A DNA stretch of 54,136 bases from a virus. Taxonomy: Duplodnaviria > Caudoviricetes. Position 1 is the first letter of the stretch. Each line of letters opens with the position of its first letter. The DNA is taken from positions 1 to 54,136 of the IMG/VR virus record IMGVR_UViG_3300006853_000020; one strand, 5' to 3'. The position numbers and the translations under genes are program-made. The notes under the pieces are model-generated. The model was not told the origin of the DNA and searched no databases. It saw only the letters and a list, made by a program, of their open reading frames with translations. Positions 1-10,143 of this stretch are shown here, piece after piece.

Positions 1-481
1 GGGGGGGGGGGGGGGGGGGGGGTTAGCGTGAGAAATGCTTCTTACAGTTGGAGCAAGTCCATCTGTTCTGCCAATTGGGTGTTCCGGTGCATAAGAGTTT
101 TCCCCTATGACACCAAGGGCAGTTGTTCCTCGTGTAACACTTAGGGCACATTCCGTTCATTAGGATTGCCACCTCATTCGTACACAGGTCGCATTTACCT
201 TCCAACACGCTTGCAGTTGCCATCACGCCGGACTCCCTGGGTTAGCTGAATAGCCCATCATCCTGATAGTTCCTGACAATTCAACTCTTGTTCTCTCGCG
301 TCCCAGCCTGCCTGAAACGCTTTGTTAAGCCGGTTGCGAAGATACTCGCTGTATCCAGCTCCAATGCCAGCAGTGTTGAATGTTTCTGGGTTGGCCTCTT
401 GGAATTGCTTCCAGTGTTTCACGATGGGGTAATACAGAGGTTTCTGTTTTGGCTTTGATCTCTTCATCGGTTTCCTCTTGG

Positions 482-1063
482 TTAGGCAACTCCACGAACC
501 TGCTTGAAATGGTCGTAAGCTGAGTTGATCCGCGTCATGGCCTCAGTGCTACCGCCTCGATCAGGGTGGTTAAGCATCGCCAACCTTCGATAAGACGCTG
601 TCACTTCCTCAGTCGGCGTGTGGGACTGAACATTAAGCACCTGCCACCACTGAAGCTGATTCTCGCTCGCTGGGAGTGCCTTGAACCCGTGGAAGGCTGC
701 GTTCACCATCTTGCCGCTACCCCATCGCTCGATTCCACGGAGAGCGTCTATCGTCTTGGCGATGGCTTGCATGTTGTCGCAGACGGTGTCCCAGCGGTCG
801 CAGGGGATGCACTGCTCCTTCCCGTTACGCTGAAAATAGACTGCTACCCCTGGGTCTTCTGGCGGCCTGCGATCATGGCGAGGCTCACCATTGGCTTTTA
901 ACTCGTTATTGGTGCTCAAAACCACATTTCTTGCACCAAGACGGTCGAGTTCGGCAAACAGAAAATCCCTGGCCCTGGAGAATGTTAACTTGAACCGGGA
1001 AGTGGTACGAACCTTCGTTCGCTCCCACCCTGCGGGCCACTCAAGAGGGTAAGCATTAGGCAT
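482..1063 (-). CDS. Phage J-domain (DnaJ-like) protein
   Basis: N-terminal YPLEWPAGWERT typical of this phage family; C-terminal J-domain with YRRLA..NHPDRGG. Confidence 0.85.
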   Translation of the reverse strand: MPNAYPLEWPAGWERTKVRTTSRFKLTFSRARDFLFAELDRLGARNVVLSTNNELKANGEPRHDRRPPEDPGVAVYFQRNGKEQCIPCDRWDTVCDNMQAIAKTIDALRGIERWGSGKMVNAAFHGFKALPASENQLQWWQVLNVQSHTPTEEVTASYRRLAMLNHPDRGGSTEAMTRINSAYDHFKQVRGVA

Positions 1064-1117
1064 TCTCAGTTGTCTCCTTCATCATTTTCTCTTCTCCTCC
1101 CGGCTGGCGGGTGGGGG

Positions 1118-1549
1118 TTAAACAAGCACATCGATCTCAACTTCCACACAAGGCTGCTCGTCTTGGGCTGCGTAGAATTTGGTCAAGTGCTCTTGTGCCA
1201 CCTGGGCATCATCATGGAACAAGAGCTTAGACATCGCATCCTTGGCGGACTTACTCAGATTGTCGGCGTCTGGCTTTGATGGACACCATAGCCTCCCTAT
1301 TGGGTCTTTCTTTCGGCAGAACTTCTTGGGTCTTGGTAGCACGAATACGATTCGCAGGCTTATCGGCCCATCCAGCGGCGCCCCCTGATACGCTGCTCTC
1401 GCCGCCATCTGCACTGCACTCTTAAACGCATTCACTGGGTGCTTTGTTGGCGTGTAGTTCTGCGCAAACGACTTGTTGCCCATCGACATGATCCGGTGTC
1501 TTTGGCGTGGCTGGGCAACAGGTACGGTAGGGATAGTGAAGGTGATCAT
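1118..1549 (-). CDS. rusA: RusA-family Holliday junction resolvase
   Basis: PVAQPRQR N-terminus; KPDADNLSKS..DAM and DDAQV motifs. Confidence 0.9.
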   Translation of the reverse strand: MITFTIPTVPVAQPRQRHRIMSMGNKSFAQNYTPTKHPVNAFKSAVQMAARAAYQGAPLDGPISLRIVFVLPRPKKFCRKKDPIGRLWCPSKPDADNLSKSAKDAMSKLLFHDDAQVAQEHLTKFYAAQDEQPCVEVEIDVLV

Positions 1550-2097
1550 GATTTCACCTTCTCTTTCTTTTTCTCGTCTGGTGGCGTGTCTATTGGGAAT
1601 AATCGTGACTTCACTTCGTTTACTTTTGATTCTGCTTTACGCAGGCTAGCCAGCTCAACAGCATAGTCGCCGTGGCGTTCGATAACTGACTGGAAGCCAT
1701 CGCCCACATTCCAATCGCCGAGCTTGATCTTGAGCGAAGGCCTGCCAAGATCATCTTTCTTGAATCCTCCTTCTTCCTCGTCCTCGACAAGTTCAAGGTG
1801 GCTTAACTCATGGTCGATCAACGCTTCGTGGTGCTTTGACGTTCCTTCTGTCCGCCAGGTCAAATCAATCACCAACTCAGCTTCGTAATCCTTCTCGCAT
1901 CGATCCTTAAGTGATACGATGCTGATCTTTCCAACGCAGGGATAACCTCCTTTTTTTACCGAGGCTCCCTCGGTGTTGTTGGCGAAGATGACGCCAACAC
2001 GCACACTCTGGTTTGTTAATTCAGTGTGGTACTTCTTTTGAACCGCGGCTACCAGTTTGTGGACATCTTCCTTGGCTTTCTCGTAGGTCGTTGGCAC
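1546..2097 (-). CDS. Putative phage metallopeptidase
   Basis: ALIDHELSH (HExxH) in the context typical of the phage metallopeptidase family. Confidence 0.7.
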   Translation of the reverse strand: MPTTYEKAKEDVHKLVAAVQKKYHTELTNQSVRVGVIFANNTEGASVKKGGYPCVGKISIVSLKDRCEKDYEAELVIDLTWRTEGTSKHHEALIDHELSHLELVEDEEEGGFKKDDLGRPSLKIKLGDWNVGDGFQSVIERHGDYAVELASLRKAESKVNEVKSRLFPIDTPPDEKKKEKVKS

Positions 2098-2177
2098 GTT
2101 CTCTCCTTGTTGGTGCTAGGGTTAAGTGGTTAACTAAAATGGTGTCCATCCGGGGATGTTGAGGGTCCAGGTGGTGG

Positions 2178-2825
2178 TCATTTTCTAAATGACTCCCAGC
2201 CAAATACATGCACCTGACCAGAATCGTTAATCCTCGACATCACCCTGTCTCCAACCAGAGATGCAAACTCCTCTGGTGATTCATTGGATATCAGTACGGT
2301 GTCCCGCATGGAGTCATAGCGACGGCTCAACACTCGCTGAAGCAGCCGAGTGTCGAACACCGAAAGCCCACGGTTCACCTCGTCAATAACAAGAAGCTTT
2401 GGGCCAGTGAATCGGTAAAGAGCCTGTCTGGATGAGCCATCACCACCAAAAGAATCCTTGACGCTGTCTGTGAGCTCCATGGCCTCCACCATACAGACAG
2501 TGCTTCCAGCGTGTAATGACACCTTCGCCAGGGAAACACCCATCTGGCTCTTGCCTGTTCCGCACATCCCCACCAAACCAGAGATGAAGCCTGAGCCGAG
2601 AAGTGGCTTCAGTTTGTCGAATTTCCTTGTCCACTCAGGAGAGATGGAGTTTGACACCTGAAAGGCCATTAGTCGCTCAGGAAGTCCAGCAGAGACAGGA
2701 TCAATCGGCAATCCGAGGTTTGATCCCTTCGTACTGACCTCCTCCCGCTGACATTGGCGTCCCAAGACCTGGGGTTCTTGGAGCTTGACGGTTGGTCGCT
2801 CTTTCACCAGTTCTGCTGCGGTCAT
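2178..2825 (-). CDS. DnaC/IstB-like helicase loader ATPase
   Basis: Walker A GMCGTGKS, Walker B LLVIDE, RY..MRDTVLISN, GDRVMSRI; directly downstream of the initiator. Confidence 0.88.
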   Translation of the reverse strand: MTAAELVKERPTVKLQEPQVLGRQCQREEVSTKGSNLGLPIDPVSAGLPERLMAFQVSNSISPEWTRKFDKLKPLLGSGFISGLVGMCGTGKSQMGVSLAKVSLHAGSTVCMVEAMELTDSVKDSFGGDGSSRQALYRFTGPKLLVIDEVNRGLSVFDTRLLQRVLSRRYDSMRDTVLISNESPEEFASLVGDRVMSRINDSGQVHVFGWESFRK

Positions 2826-3561
2826 TTCCTTCCTCCGCGTCGAGGTGGATGTGCTTCCACTGCCTCTTGATTGCCAGTCTTATCTTCTTCTCCGCTTCAG
2901 CCGGCCCCAGCTTCGCCAGGTCGCTGAAAACCTGAACCCGGGTGATCGGTTGGACCACGCCATGACCAGAATCGACGCGGTATTTCTCCCAAAGAAGCCA
3001 CGCTTCCTCGAAGCCAGGAGAACTAAGCGACTCAGGCAAGTCATGAATTTTCGATGAGACCGGCGGCGCGTGCGCAGTATGGATTAAGTGTTTTGTTTTC
3101 TTCTGTTCTGTGGTCCCGATTTTGTCCCCTAAATTTGGGGACAAATGTCCCTCTAATTCAGGGACATCTTCTTTCCCGCCTCGCTGCGACCGTTTCTTCT
3201 TTCTGCCGTAAGCCCTGGTTTTCGCACTGGTTCCGTTGTGGCGGGCAAGGTTGGGAAAGACGCAGCGGCCCCCGGAGCGAGCTTCTAACCAGCGGACTTC
3301 GGGGGAGGCCATCGCCTCGGCCATACCAGGAAGGCCCAACAGAGCATCTACAAAAGCAGTCGGCCTGTCCCCCAAAAATAGGGACACGTCGCCAGTTTCG
3401 GAAACGATGTCAGCGTCGGAAAAGTTCTCGTCACACCACTCCCAGAGGACCATCAATCGTCCTGCGATTTCATGACGATCCCTGCCGAGTTTGGACGCTA
3501 GAACAGCCACCTCCCTTCTGGACGCCAGTCCTTTTACCCAGACAATCCAATCGCCTGCCAT
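2701..3561 (-). CDS. Phage replication initiator (lambda O-like)
   Basis: MAGDWI..GL N-terminus, GRL..LWEW, C-terminal W..W..YR; internal iterons; upstream of loader. Confidence 0.75.
   Translation of the reverse strand: MAGDWIVWVKGLASRREVAVLASKLGRDRHEIAGRLMVLWEWCDENFSDADIVSETGDVSLFLGDRPTAFVDALLGLPGMAEAMASPEVRWLEARSGGRCVFPNLARHNGTSAKTRAYGRKKKRSQRGGKEDVPELEGHLSPNLGDKIGTTEQKKTKHLIHTAHAPPVSSKIHDLPESLSSPGFEEAWLLWEKYRVDSGHGVVQPITRVQVFSDLAKLGPAEAEKKIRLAIKRQWKHIHLDAEEGNDRSRTGERATNRQAPRTPGLGTPMSAGGGQYEGIKPRIAD
3123..3386. repeat. Replication origin iterons TGTCCC-N9-GGGACA (3 copies) inside the initiator gene
   Basis: Palindromic sites at 3123-3143, 3146-3166 and 3366-3386 with identical 9-nt spacer; T-rich tract at ~3085-3110. 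Confidence 0.75.
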
Positions 3562-3820
3562 TCGTTGCGTTCCTTCGCATCTAAAGTGTCGGTCAGTTGG
3601 TCAAAACAGTCTTACCACTTCAGTGATAACGTCACTGTCTAAGTATCCTTTTCGTGTCTGACACCTAATGGCCTTGCGAGCCTTGGCTTTGGTTGGGTAA
3701 GCCAAGAACTCATCTTGGCCGTCGTTGTCAAGTGGTGGCCATAGCCATGTTGGCCTGGTGCTTTCAGGATCAGCATCCCGGCACACAATGACCCAAGCTT
3801 CAGTTAGACCGTGTTTCATC

Positions 3821-4441
3821 TCAGTTCCTCGCCTTGACCCTTGGTTTTGGTGGGCTATTCTCGCCTGGAGTAATAGCCATGATCGCTGCATATCCACCCT
3901 TAAAGACAAATACTCCCATCGGGCACGAGTGATTTCCGCTCGATTGAATGACCGTGAATTTCATATCTCCAATCGAATCAAGCCGATGCAGAAAATCTAA
4001 ATCAAAGAGGTAGTAGTCGTCGCCACTTTCGAGCCAAACCTTCCCGTGCCTCTGCGAAGATGAAAGCGTGAACCCTGTCTTGTCGCATTGATCGCAGGTG
4101 TCGCGATTCACAAATTCGCAATACAGGCAATACTCACGCTCAAAAAGTGCTGGGGGCAAAACGCTCGCCCTGATTGGATTCTTTGCCTTAGCTTTACGGC
4201 AGTCTTCTAGCAGTTCACTCACGTTTGGAACTTTACCAAGAGCAGACGGTGGCTCGGCATACCCTTGTTGCAAAAAAATAGCACACTTGCCATTGGTGGC
4301 GCATCGCCATCCGTCAACAAGGAATGGACGATTCGTTTCATCAAATCTGGCACTAAGCGCATCGTAACAATGTAGATGCAAGAGCATATTGTGTTTCATC
4401 AGTTCCTCTCCGCCGGCTTCGAAGTAAAGGTGATCACCCAC
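3821..4441 (-). CDS. Hypothetical protein with CxxC pairs (start may be near 4399)
   Basis: PF..DGW..ATNG motif; CLYC and CDQC; in operon. Confidence 0.55.
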   Translation of the reverse strand: MGDHLYFEAGGEELMKHNMLLHLHCYDALSARFDETNRPFLVDGWRCATNGKCAIFLQQGYAEPPSALGKVPNVSELLEDCRKAKAKNPIRASVLPPALFEREYCLYCEFVNRDTCDQCDKTGFTLSSSQRHGKVWLESGDDYYLFDLDFLHRLDSIGDMKFTVIQSSGNHSCPMGVFVFKGGYAAIMAITPGENSPPKPRVKARN

Positions 4442-5118
4442 AGCCAGGGATTACTCTTCCACGGGTGTTTTCGACCGTTGATCTTGTTCCATGTTGCGGC
4501 CCAAAGTGAACGTAGGTCTGGATAGCAGATATCATCATGGCCAACTGGGCACTTGGGGTTCGCCCCTATCATTGCGAATGCTTCACAGTCGTGTGAACGC
4601 GCAACCACTCCTTCAGCAAGGATGTCTTTTGCGCTGATTGAATGCAGCCTCTGCACCCTCACCTCAGTCACCTCAAGGGTGAGGCGTGATGCCCAGCGGG
4701 GCATGAAGAGTGGGTATCGCCAGCAGTAGTTATTGCCCCATTCAGGATGATCTGCACGGTAGAAAACCTTGTCAGGTTTTTCATGTTGCTCACCAGTGGG
4801 CTGAAGGGCCGAGTATCCATCTAAGCCATTGTGCCACCCGAAACCATAAGCCTCCTTCACCCACAACCGCTGACCGACTTGGTACTGCGAGTACTTGCAC
4901 ATCTCATCGCCAATGGCATTTTCCGGCCACGCCTGTAATTCCTGCCTCTTATTTATGAGCCAACGCCAGCCAGCTGCCACCAAACCTTTGCCATCTCTCC
5001 ATGTAGGTTGCGGCTTCACCACTCGTCGCGTTTGAGTCTTCTTTCCCTCCCGGATTGCGCGTACCGATTCACAAGTCATGATGATCGGTCGTTCGGTTGT
5101 CTTTGTTGCAGTTGCCAT
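4399..5118 (-). CDS. ASCH-like phage protein
   Basis: ERPII..VRAIREGKKTQTRR, G.RLWVKE, FMPRWASRLTLEVT.VRVQRL, W.SNPW.WV. Confidence 0.8.
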   Translation of the reverse strand: MATATKTTERPIIMTCESVRAIREGKKTQTRRVVKPQPTWRDGKGLVAAGWRWLINKRQELQAWPENAIGDEMCKYSQYQVGQRLWVKEAYGFGWHNGLDGYSALQPTGEQHEKPDKVFYRADHPEWGNNYCWRYPLFMPRWASRLTLEVTEVRVQRLHSISAKDILAEGVVARSHDCEAFAMIGANPKCPVGHDDICYPDLRSLWAATWNKINGRKHPWKSNPWLWVITFTSKPAERN

Positions 5119-5444
5119 CAGATCCCACTCGCATCCTTGAAAGTATCAAACAACATCCCCTGCCTGACGCGCTCAGGCACCGGGGCGAGGAGTTGGTATT
5201 CCCAGAGGCCACCACTGACCCGCCTGGCATTCACCCCGCCATTCGGATACTGCTCTCGGGCATCCTCATTCCTGAGTTGCCTCAGTCGTGCTGATGCCCC
5301 AGTGACGCTGGTCTTGCACAGCTCTGCGATTTCTGCCAGCGTTCGCCACTGGCCATCAAGCATCAAAACGTAAACCCTGCCAAGAGCCGTTTCCAGCCTG
5401 GGGCCGTCAAGCTGCGCGTCGAAAGTGGTGCCGTGGAAGGTCAT
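5118..5444 (-). CDS. Winged-helix DNA-binding protein
   Basis: DGQWRTLAEIAE...SARLRQLR...GLWEY. Confidence 0.7.
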   Translation of the reverse strand: MTFHGTTFDAQLDGPRLETALGRVYVLMLDGQWRTLAEIAELCKTSVTGASARLRQLRNEDAREQYPNGGVNARRVSGGLWEYQLLAPVPERVRQGMLFDTFKDASGI

Positions 5445-6535
5445 GATGAAGCCTCCGCTTGCATGATGGCTCGCCCAATCAGTTCCGCTACCTGTGGCAC
5501 TACAGCATTGCCCAGTGCCTTCAGTTGCTCTCGTCTAAGTCTAGCCAGCCGTCTGGAAATCCCATGAGTTGGCTTACCCACGCTGGGTTTAGCTTTGATT
5601 GAATTGCTACGTACTCCTTGTCCGACAATAAGCCTTGGTGCTTCCCAGTCGTGTTGTGGCTCGCCTGGACGGCTAGGCCATGGGCTGATCCTGAGTTCGC
5701 TGATCCTGTAAAGTTCGGGCCCTTGTGGTCGCTGTTCTGAGGAGATGCCCAACTCTTCACCTGCTTGCTGAACACCCCGCCCGCTCCCTGTTTTCCGTCT
5801 TCCGTTTGCCCGGTCATCCCGTGAGGTGTCAGCCATTCCTTCCGATGCCTCAACTGGGGCGAGTGCCCTGGAGTTGCGCTGCCCAGTGACTTCCAGTCGT
5901 TGGTGTCGGGGGATGGCCAGTTCACATGAACCCAATCCGCTAAGTCTCCCCGATAACTGCCGATTGTGTTCGGATCTCGCCTGGTGTTCTTTTCGCTTTC
6001 CGCATCGCCCTTGTACCTCAGTGGACTGGGCCCGCTTTTGGCATCCACCGTCTGAGGCGTTGGCCAGCCTATGCCCAATGATCCACACCCGTTTTCGGCG
6101 ATGGGGAGCGCCGACATCATCGGCACCCAGAACCAGTGTCCAGACTTCGTAACCCTCTCCTCGAAGTTCATCACAAACCTGCCCAAACATCGTAGAGAGC
6201 AGGCCAGGGACATTTTCAAAGAGGCACCAACGGGGTCGCAGCAGTCGAACAAGTCGAATACATTCTGGCCAGAGGTTGCGTTCATCGTCCTTGCCTTTAC
6301 GTTTGCCGGCCACTGAGTGCGGCTGACAGGGGAATCCACCACACAGCAAGTCTGCCCACGGCAAGCCCTCACCCAGCTTTGTCAGGTCTTCATAGCACGG
6401 CACATGAGGCCAGTGCTTAGCAAGAACACGGCGGCAGAATGGATCAATCTCGCACATCCATAATGCTCTCATGCCCGATCGCTCCAGGCCGAGATCAAGA
6501 CCGCCAATTCCTGTGCAGATGCTTCCGAACGTCAC
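5441..6535 (-). CDS. DNA (cytosine-5) methyltransferase, large polypeptide (motifs I-VIII and X); probable GTG start at 6535
   Basis: SICTGIGG (I), GGFPCQ (IV), FENV (VI), HRRKR (VIII), LKALGNAVVP (X); no motif IX in this frame. Confidence 0.9.
   Translation of the reverse strand: MTFGSICTGIGGLDLGLERSGMRALWMCEIDPFCRRVLAKHWPHVPCYEDLTKLGEGLPWADLLCGGFPCQPHSVAGKRKGKDDERNLWPECIRLVRLLRPRWCLFENVPGLLSTMFGQVCDELRGEGYEVWTLVLGADDVGAPHRRKRVWIIGHRLANASDGGCQKRAQSTEVQGRCGKRKEHQARSEHNRQLSGRLSGLGSCELAIPRHQRLEVTGQRNSRALAPVEASEGMADTSRDDRANGRRKTGSGRGVQQAGEELGISSEQRPQGPELYRISELRISPWPSRPGEPQHDWEAPRLIVGQGVRSNSIKAKPSVGKPTHGISRRLARLRREQLKALGNAVVPQVAELIGRAIMQAEASS
5521..6372 (-). CDS. C5-methyltransferase small polypeptide nested in an alternative frame (W-x-[TS]-P repeats plus motif IX)
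   Basis: WPTP, WPSP, WLTP, WASP units and C-terminal LNPAWVSQLMGFPDGW; start uncertain (ATG at 6285 possible). Confidence 0.8.
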   Translation of the reverse strand: MRACRGQTCCVVDSPVSRTQWPANVKARTMNATSGQNVFDLFDCCDPVGASLKMSLACSLRCLGRFVMNFEERVTKSGHWFWVPMMSALPIAENGCGSLGIGWPTPQTVDAKSGPSPLRYKGDAESEKNTRRDPNTIGSYRGDLADWVHVNWPSPDTNDWKSLGSATPGHSPQLRHRKEWLTPHGMTGQTEDGKQGAGGVFSKQVKSWASPQNSDHKGPNFTGSANSGSAHGLAVQASHNTTGKHQGLLSDKEYVAIQSKLNPAWVSQLMGFPDGWLDLDESN

Positions 6536-6832
6536 ACTCAGATTCCTTCCAAAAAGAACCCCCTGACCACCCGTCTCGTCCAGTACCATTGTGGCCTGGT
6601 GGCTGGAACCCCCAGCCATGCCAGACCGCCGGGTGGGCAGGGGGTGTGGTTAGTCGTCGTAGCCTCGAATTCGTCATCACATTCGCAAAGACCTTCTAGC
6701 ATTGGTGCATGGCAGTGTTGGCAGATTTCGACCATGTCTTCGCCTGCCGATTGAATGCAGCCAGCACCATGACATATGTCATCGCAACACGCCTCAAGGT
6801 TAACTGGACAAACTCGCATGACACGTCTCCTG

Positions 6833-8134
6833 TTAGCTGAGTTCCTTCATGAGTTCACCGTGCAACCCCTCAGGCATGTACTTCTTCCATCCCTCGACCG
6901 TCGCCTTGAGAATCGGCACCTCAGATGCTTTCGCCAGAGCCTTCGCCTGCTTCACCCAGGCCGCGAACAGCACAGGGTAGAGTTCCGCCTTATCCATGTC
7001 GTCGCACTGATCAGATCGGTACTCGCCCAGCAGGTCGTTAGCCATCGGGTTGAGCATGGACATCTTCTTGCATTCGGCGATGTTGTTCAGGCCGACGTGA
7101 ACCCACTCGGGATAGCTGGGGATTGGCTTGGCTTCGACAAAAACTGGCGATGGCTGTTGCTGTTTAACCTCTTCATCTGAGGGCGGCGACTCGACGATTG
7201 GTGCTTTAGCTTTGGCGTTTTTGAATATCTCAACGAGTTGCGAGTTCTCTTCCGGTGTAACACCAGCGACTTCACTTGCCCAGTTTCTGCGAATCGATTC
7301 CCGCTCCTCCTTGGTTGCGTTTTTGATCCTTTCGACAAGAAGCTCAAATTTACTTTGGGTCCTCTCACCCATCGACCAGCGGGCCATGAACTCACCCGCA
7401 GCCTCGTCCAGCGGCTTTCCTTTACTCTCACCAAGGAAGTGATTACGGAACTGCTCTGGCAGCTTGATCATGGTGCGCTCACCAATCTCTTCGCTCATCC
7501 AGGTGGGCACTCCGCCAGCACCAGGGAGCAATAAAGCGTTGGCAGTCATCTCAAAGACGAGTTCTTCGCCAGCGATAGGCATAAAGCCAAGCTGTGTTGG
7601 CTGTTCACCCTTCTTAATCTTGATCTTGTCCTTCGCCCGAAAACAGAAGATGAATGCAGCGTTGATTTGCAGGAGGGCATTGATCATGCGTCGGCGGGCT
7701 TGCTTCGGCTTCGACCATGCCAACATGGTCAAGGCTTGCGCCTTCTTCCAGTCACCACCCGAGAGCCGTTGAAGCTCTGCTTCGTGGCACTCGAGACAGC
7801 CGCCTTCGCCCTCGTGCTCGTGCGACATTGAATCAATGATGATGATGCCAGCCCCTTTGCTGACGCAGTACTTGACCGCTTCGACGTAATCAAGGGAACC
7901 AAACGGGGCATTGAATGGAACATGGCGAAAGTTAAACTTGTCGGCATAGTGGAGCATTCGCTTCGACTCAGTGTCGATGCCAAAGATGTCACCACCATGA
8001 ACACGCTGCATACCCTTGGCTAGTCGGTGGGCACTGTAGGTCTTTCCACCACCTGAAGGGCCAGCAAGACCAACCCACAGTGGGACCTTCTCCCGTACGG
8101 CCTGATTATCTACAAACTGACGCGGTTCAGACAT
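6833..8134 (-). CDS. AAA ATPase, Sak4-like recombination protein
   Basis: GPSGGGKT, IDTE, IIIDSMSHE.EGEGG; adjacent to exonuclease. Confidence 0.8.
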   Translation of the reverse strand: MSEPRQFVDNQAVREKVPLWVGLAGPSGGGKTYSAHRLAKGMQRVHGGDIFGIDTESKRMLHYADKFNFRHVPFNAPFGSLDYVEAVKYCVSKGAGIIIIDSMSHEHEGEGGCLECHEAELQRLSGGDWKKAQALTMLAWSKPKQARRRMINALLQINAAFIFCFRAKDKIKIKKGEQPTQLGFMPIAGEELVFEMTANALLLPGAGGVPTWMSEEIGERTMIKLPEQFRNHFLGESKGKPLDEAAGEFMARWSMGERTQSKFELLVERIKNATKEERESIRRNWASEVAGVTPEENSQLVEIFKNAKAKAPIVESPPSDEEVKQQQPSPVFVEAKPIPSYPEWVHVGLNNIAECKKMSMLNPMANDLLGEYRSDQCDDMDKAELYPVLFAAWVKQAKALAKASEVPILKATVEGWKKYMPEGLHGELMKELS

Positions 8135-8987
8135 TGATGACTCCTAGTTGTTCCGCTTCCATCTCTTTTGTGATTGCCCATGCTGGTGCAGACACAGTTG
8201 ACTTGCCGTAGGCTGGCCAGTGTCCTGATCGCAGACACTCAGACCAAATATTGATCGCTCTCGTCCACTTGGTTCGACCAAGGGTCAGCATGGATTCATC
8301 CTGAGTGATCTCGCAGGCGAGGTATGGATACTCAGTCTCAAAGAAGAGGTTCTTGAACTTCACACGGCCAGCCATGTCAGGAAACTTCTTCCCAATTGCT
8401 TCAAGGTAAGCAGCCGCCTGGATGTCATAGCCATATTCGATGATGCTCCTGACGCATGCTGAAGGGTGAGCACAGGATGTTTTCTTTAGGTCGTAAATCA
8501 CATTGTCTTTGATGTGATCGATCATCGCCCGGCAATGCACCTCGCGTCCCTTGTTGTCCTGTACCTGCCACAAGACCACACCTTCGCTCTGGCCGTTTAG
8601 TTCAATTCCAAAACTGTAGAGCTGCTGCTGAATCGCACTGGCCATGCTCGAATACTTCTTTTCCTCTTTCGCCAGCATTGGTATCAGGCCATTGAAACGC
8701 GCTTCGTCGCGGGCGTTTTGCGCCGCCTTGGTTCGGTAGTCGTTGAACTCTTCGGGCATCCAAGCAACCTTGGGTTTGGTTCCCAAAAGCAATGAATGCA
8801 GGATCGTGCCCTCTTCCATATCCTTCGTTGGCTCACCCCTGGCTTTGCCGAGTTTGGGATGTTCCAGCCAGGCGTGATATGGAGAGCGAGTCAATAACTT
8901 GTGGGCAATCGACTGACTCAAAGAAGGCTCTTCGCATGGATCAGCGAAGTACTCCTCTTCAGTCATCACTTGCAAAAGCTCTCGCAT
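8127..8987 (-). CDS. RecE/exonuclease VIII-like PD-(D/E)xK nuclease (start MRELLQ)
   Basis: SLSQS, GT.LH..LL, CRAMID...IYDLK, YGYDIQAAAY, W..CL.SG.WP.Y; GGAGG RBS before 8987. Confidence 0.85.
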   Translation of the reverse strand: MRELLQVMTEEEYFADPCEEPSLSQSIAHKLLTRSPYHAWLEHPKLGKARGEPTKDMEEGTILHSLLLGTKPKVAWMPEEFNDYRTKAAQNARDEARFNGLIPMLAKEEKKYSSMASAIQQQLYSFGIELNGQSEGVVLWQVQDNKGREVHCRAMIDHIKDNVIYDLKKTSCAHPSACVRSIIEYGYDIQAAAYLEAIGKKFPDMAGRVKFKNLFFETEYPYLACEITQDESMLTLGRTKWTRAINIWSECLRSGHWPAYGKSTVSAPAWAITKEMEAEQLGVINV

Positions 8988-9851
8988 CTTTCCTCCCTCT
9001 ATCACTGGGGCAGGGTGGTGTTTTACCCCCTGGCCAACTATCCCTGTCGTGGTTTCTGTAGCCGGCCAGTTGCCCCAGTGGTTCCGTTGGTTATCTCTTG
9101 AAAAGCCAGTTCCCCAATTGAATCCCGGCGAACAATATCGCCGAGATGACCATGATCCCCACGCCTGACCAAGCCACCACCCTGGCAAAGTAGCCCACAA
9201 AGCCAGGGCTATTCGTGGCAGCGTCAATCAGCGGATAGTTGAGTTTGTTTTCAGCGTCATGGCGCACGATGCAGACGTTGCCGAAGTCAGTGACATTGAA
9301 TATGTCCTGCCCATTCGCTTGGCCGATCCGCTCGATGAATCCAGACCCAAGCAGCCCAGCGATTTCGCCAGGAGGCAACCGATAGCAGATATGCTCCCAC
9401 TCCAACCACTCACCGTAGCAGTTGTGCTTGAGAGTGAAGCCATCGTTCATCAGAGCGAGGATATCGCCCACGGTTATTTCTTCGTTGTCAATTTGGGATA
9501 CCACTGGCTGCCTCCTTTGCAGTAATAAACTCATCAAGCACACGTCGATGAGCTGCACCACAGATAATGTCAAAGTCGATGTCATTTTGTCTCTTGGCTG
9601 CTTCCTTGAAAAACCGGTCGATGGCGTTTCTAAATGGGCCAGATATCTGAGATGGAGTGTGGTTAGGAAACTTGTCAGCGACAGTTTTCCATGCATCCTC
9701 AAGCAATGGTGTCATGGTTCTTTTCAAGATGGAAATCAGCCGGTCAAGGTCTTTCATTTGCAAGCCCCCACCCTCGCACCCTCAGTAGAACCAGTGTGTC
9801 TTTCCATAGCTGATCCTCCAAAGAGTGCGGGGGTCGTTGCTCGCGGGGTTG

Positions 9852-10143
9852 TTATCTGACCTTAGCCTTCATGTCTAATTTGGTTCTGTCGTACAATCCG
9901 AGACGTTCACAGATGCGCATCATCTGGTGAGGTTGATTTCTCTTCTCCAGGAAGATCAGCGCCCCAGCACAATGGAGGCTACTACCGGTTGCTCTAAATT
10001 CAGTAGATCCAGATTCGTCGTCGGTAAGTTCTGCTGTCTTGTGACAAGGGAATTCGCCAGATGAATACCCATTAAGCTGTTTCATCGTGTACCCTCGGGT
10101 GTGCTTGGAGAGGAATGGACAATCAGAGCAAGGTTTTGTCATC
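9852..10143 (-). CDS. Conserved Cys/His phage protein, probably zinc-binding
   Basis: PCSDCPF...FPCHK...CAGA pattern. Confidence 0.6.

Noticed and set aside
1-22. 22-nt poly-G at the start
   Set aside because: Typical two-colour sequencing or contig-end artefact; no evidence it is a genome terminus
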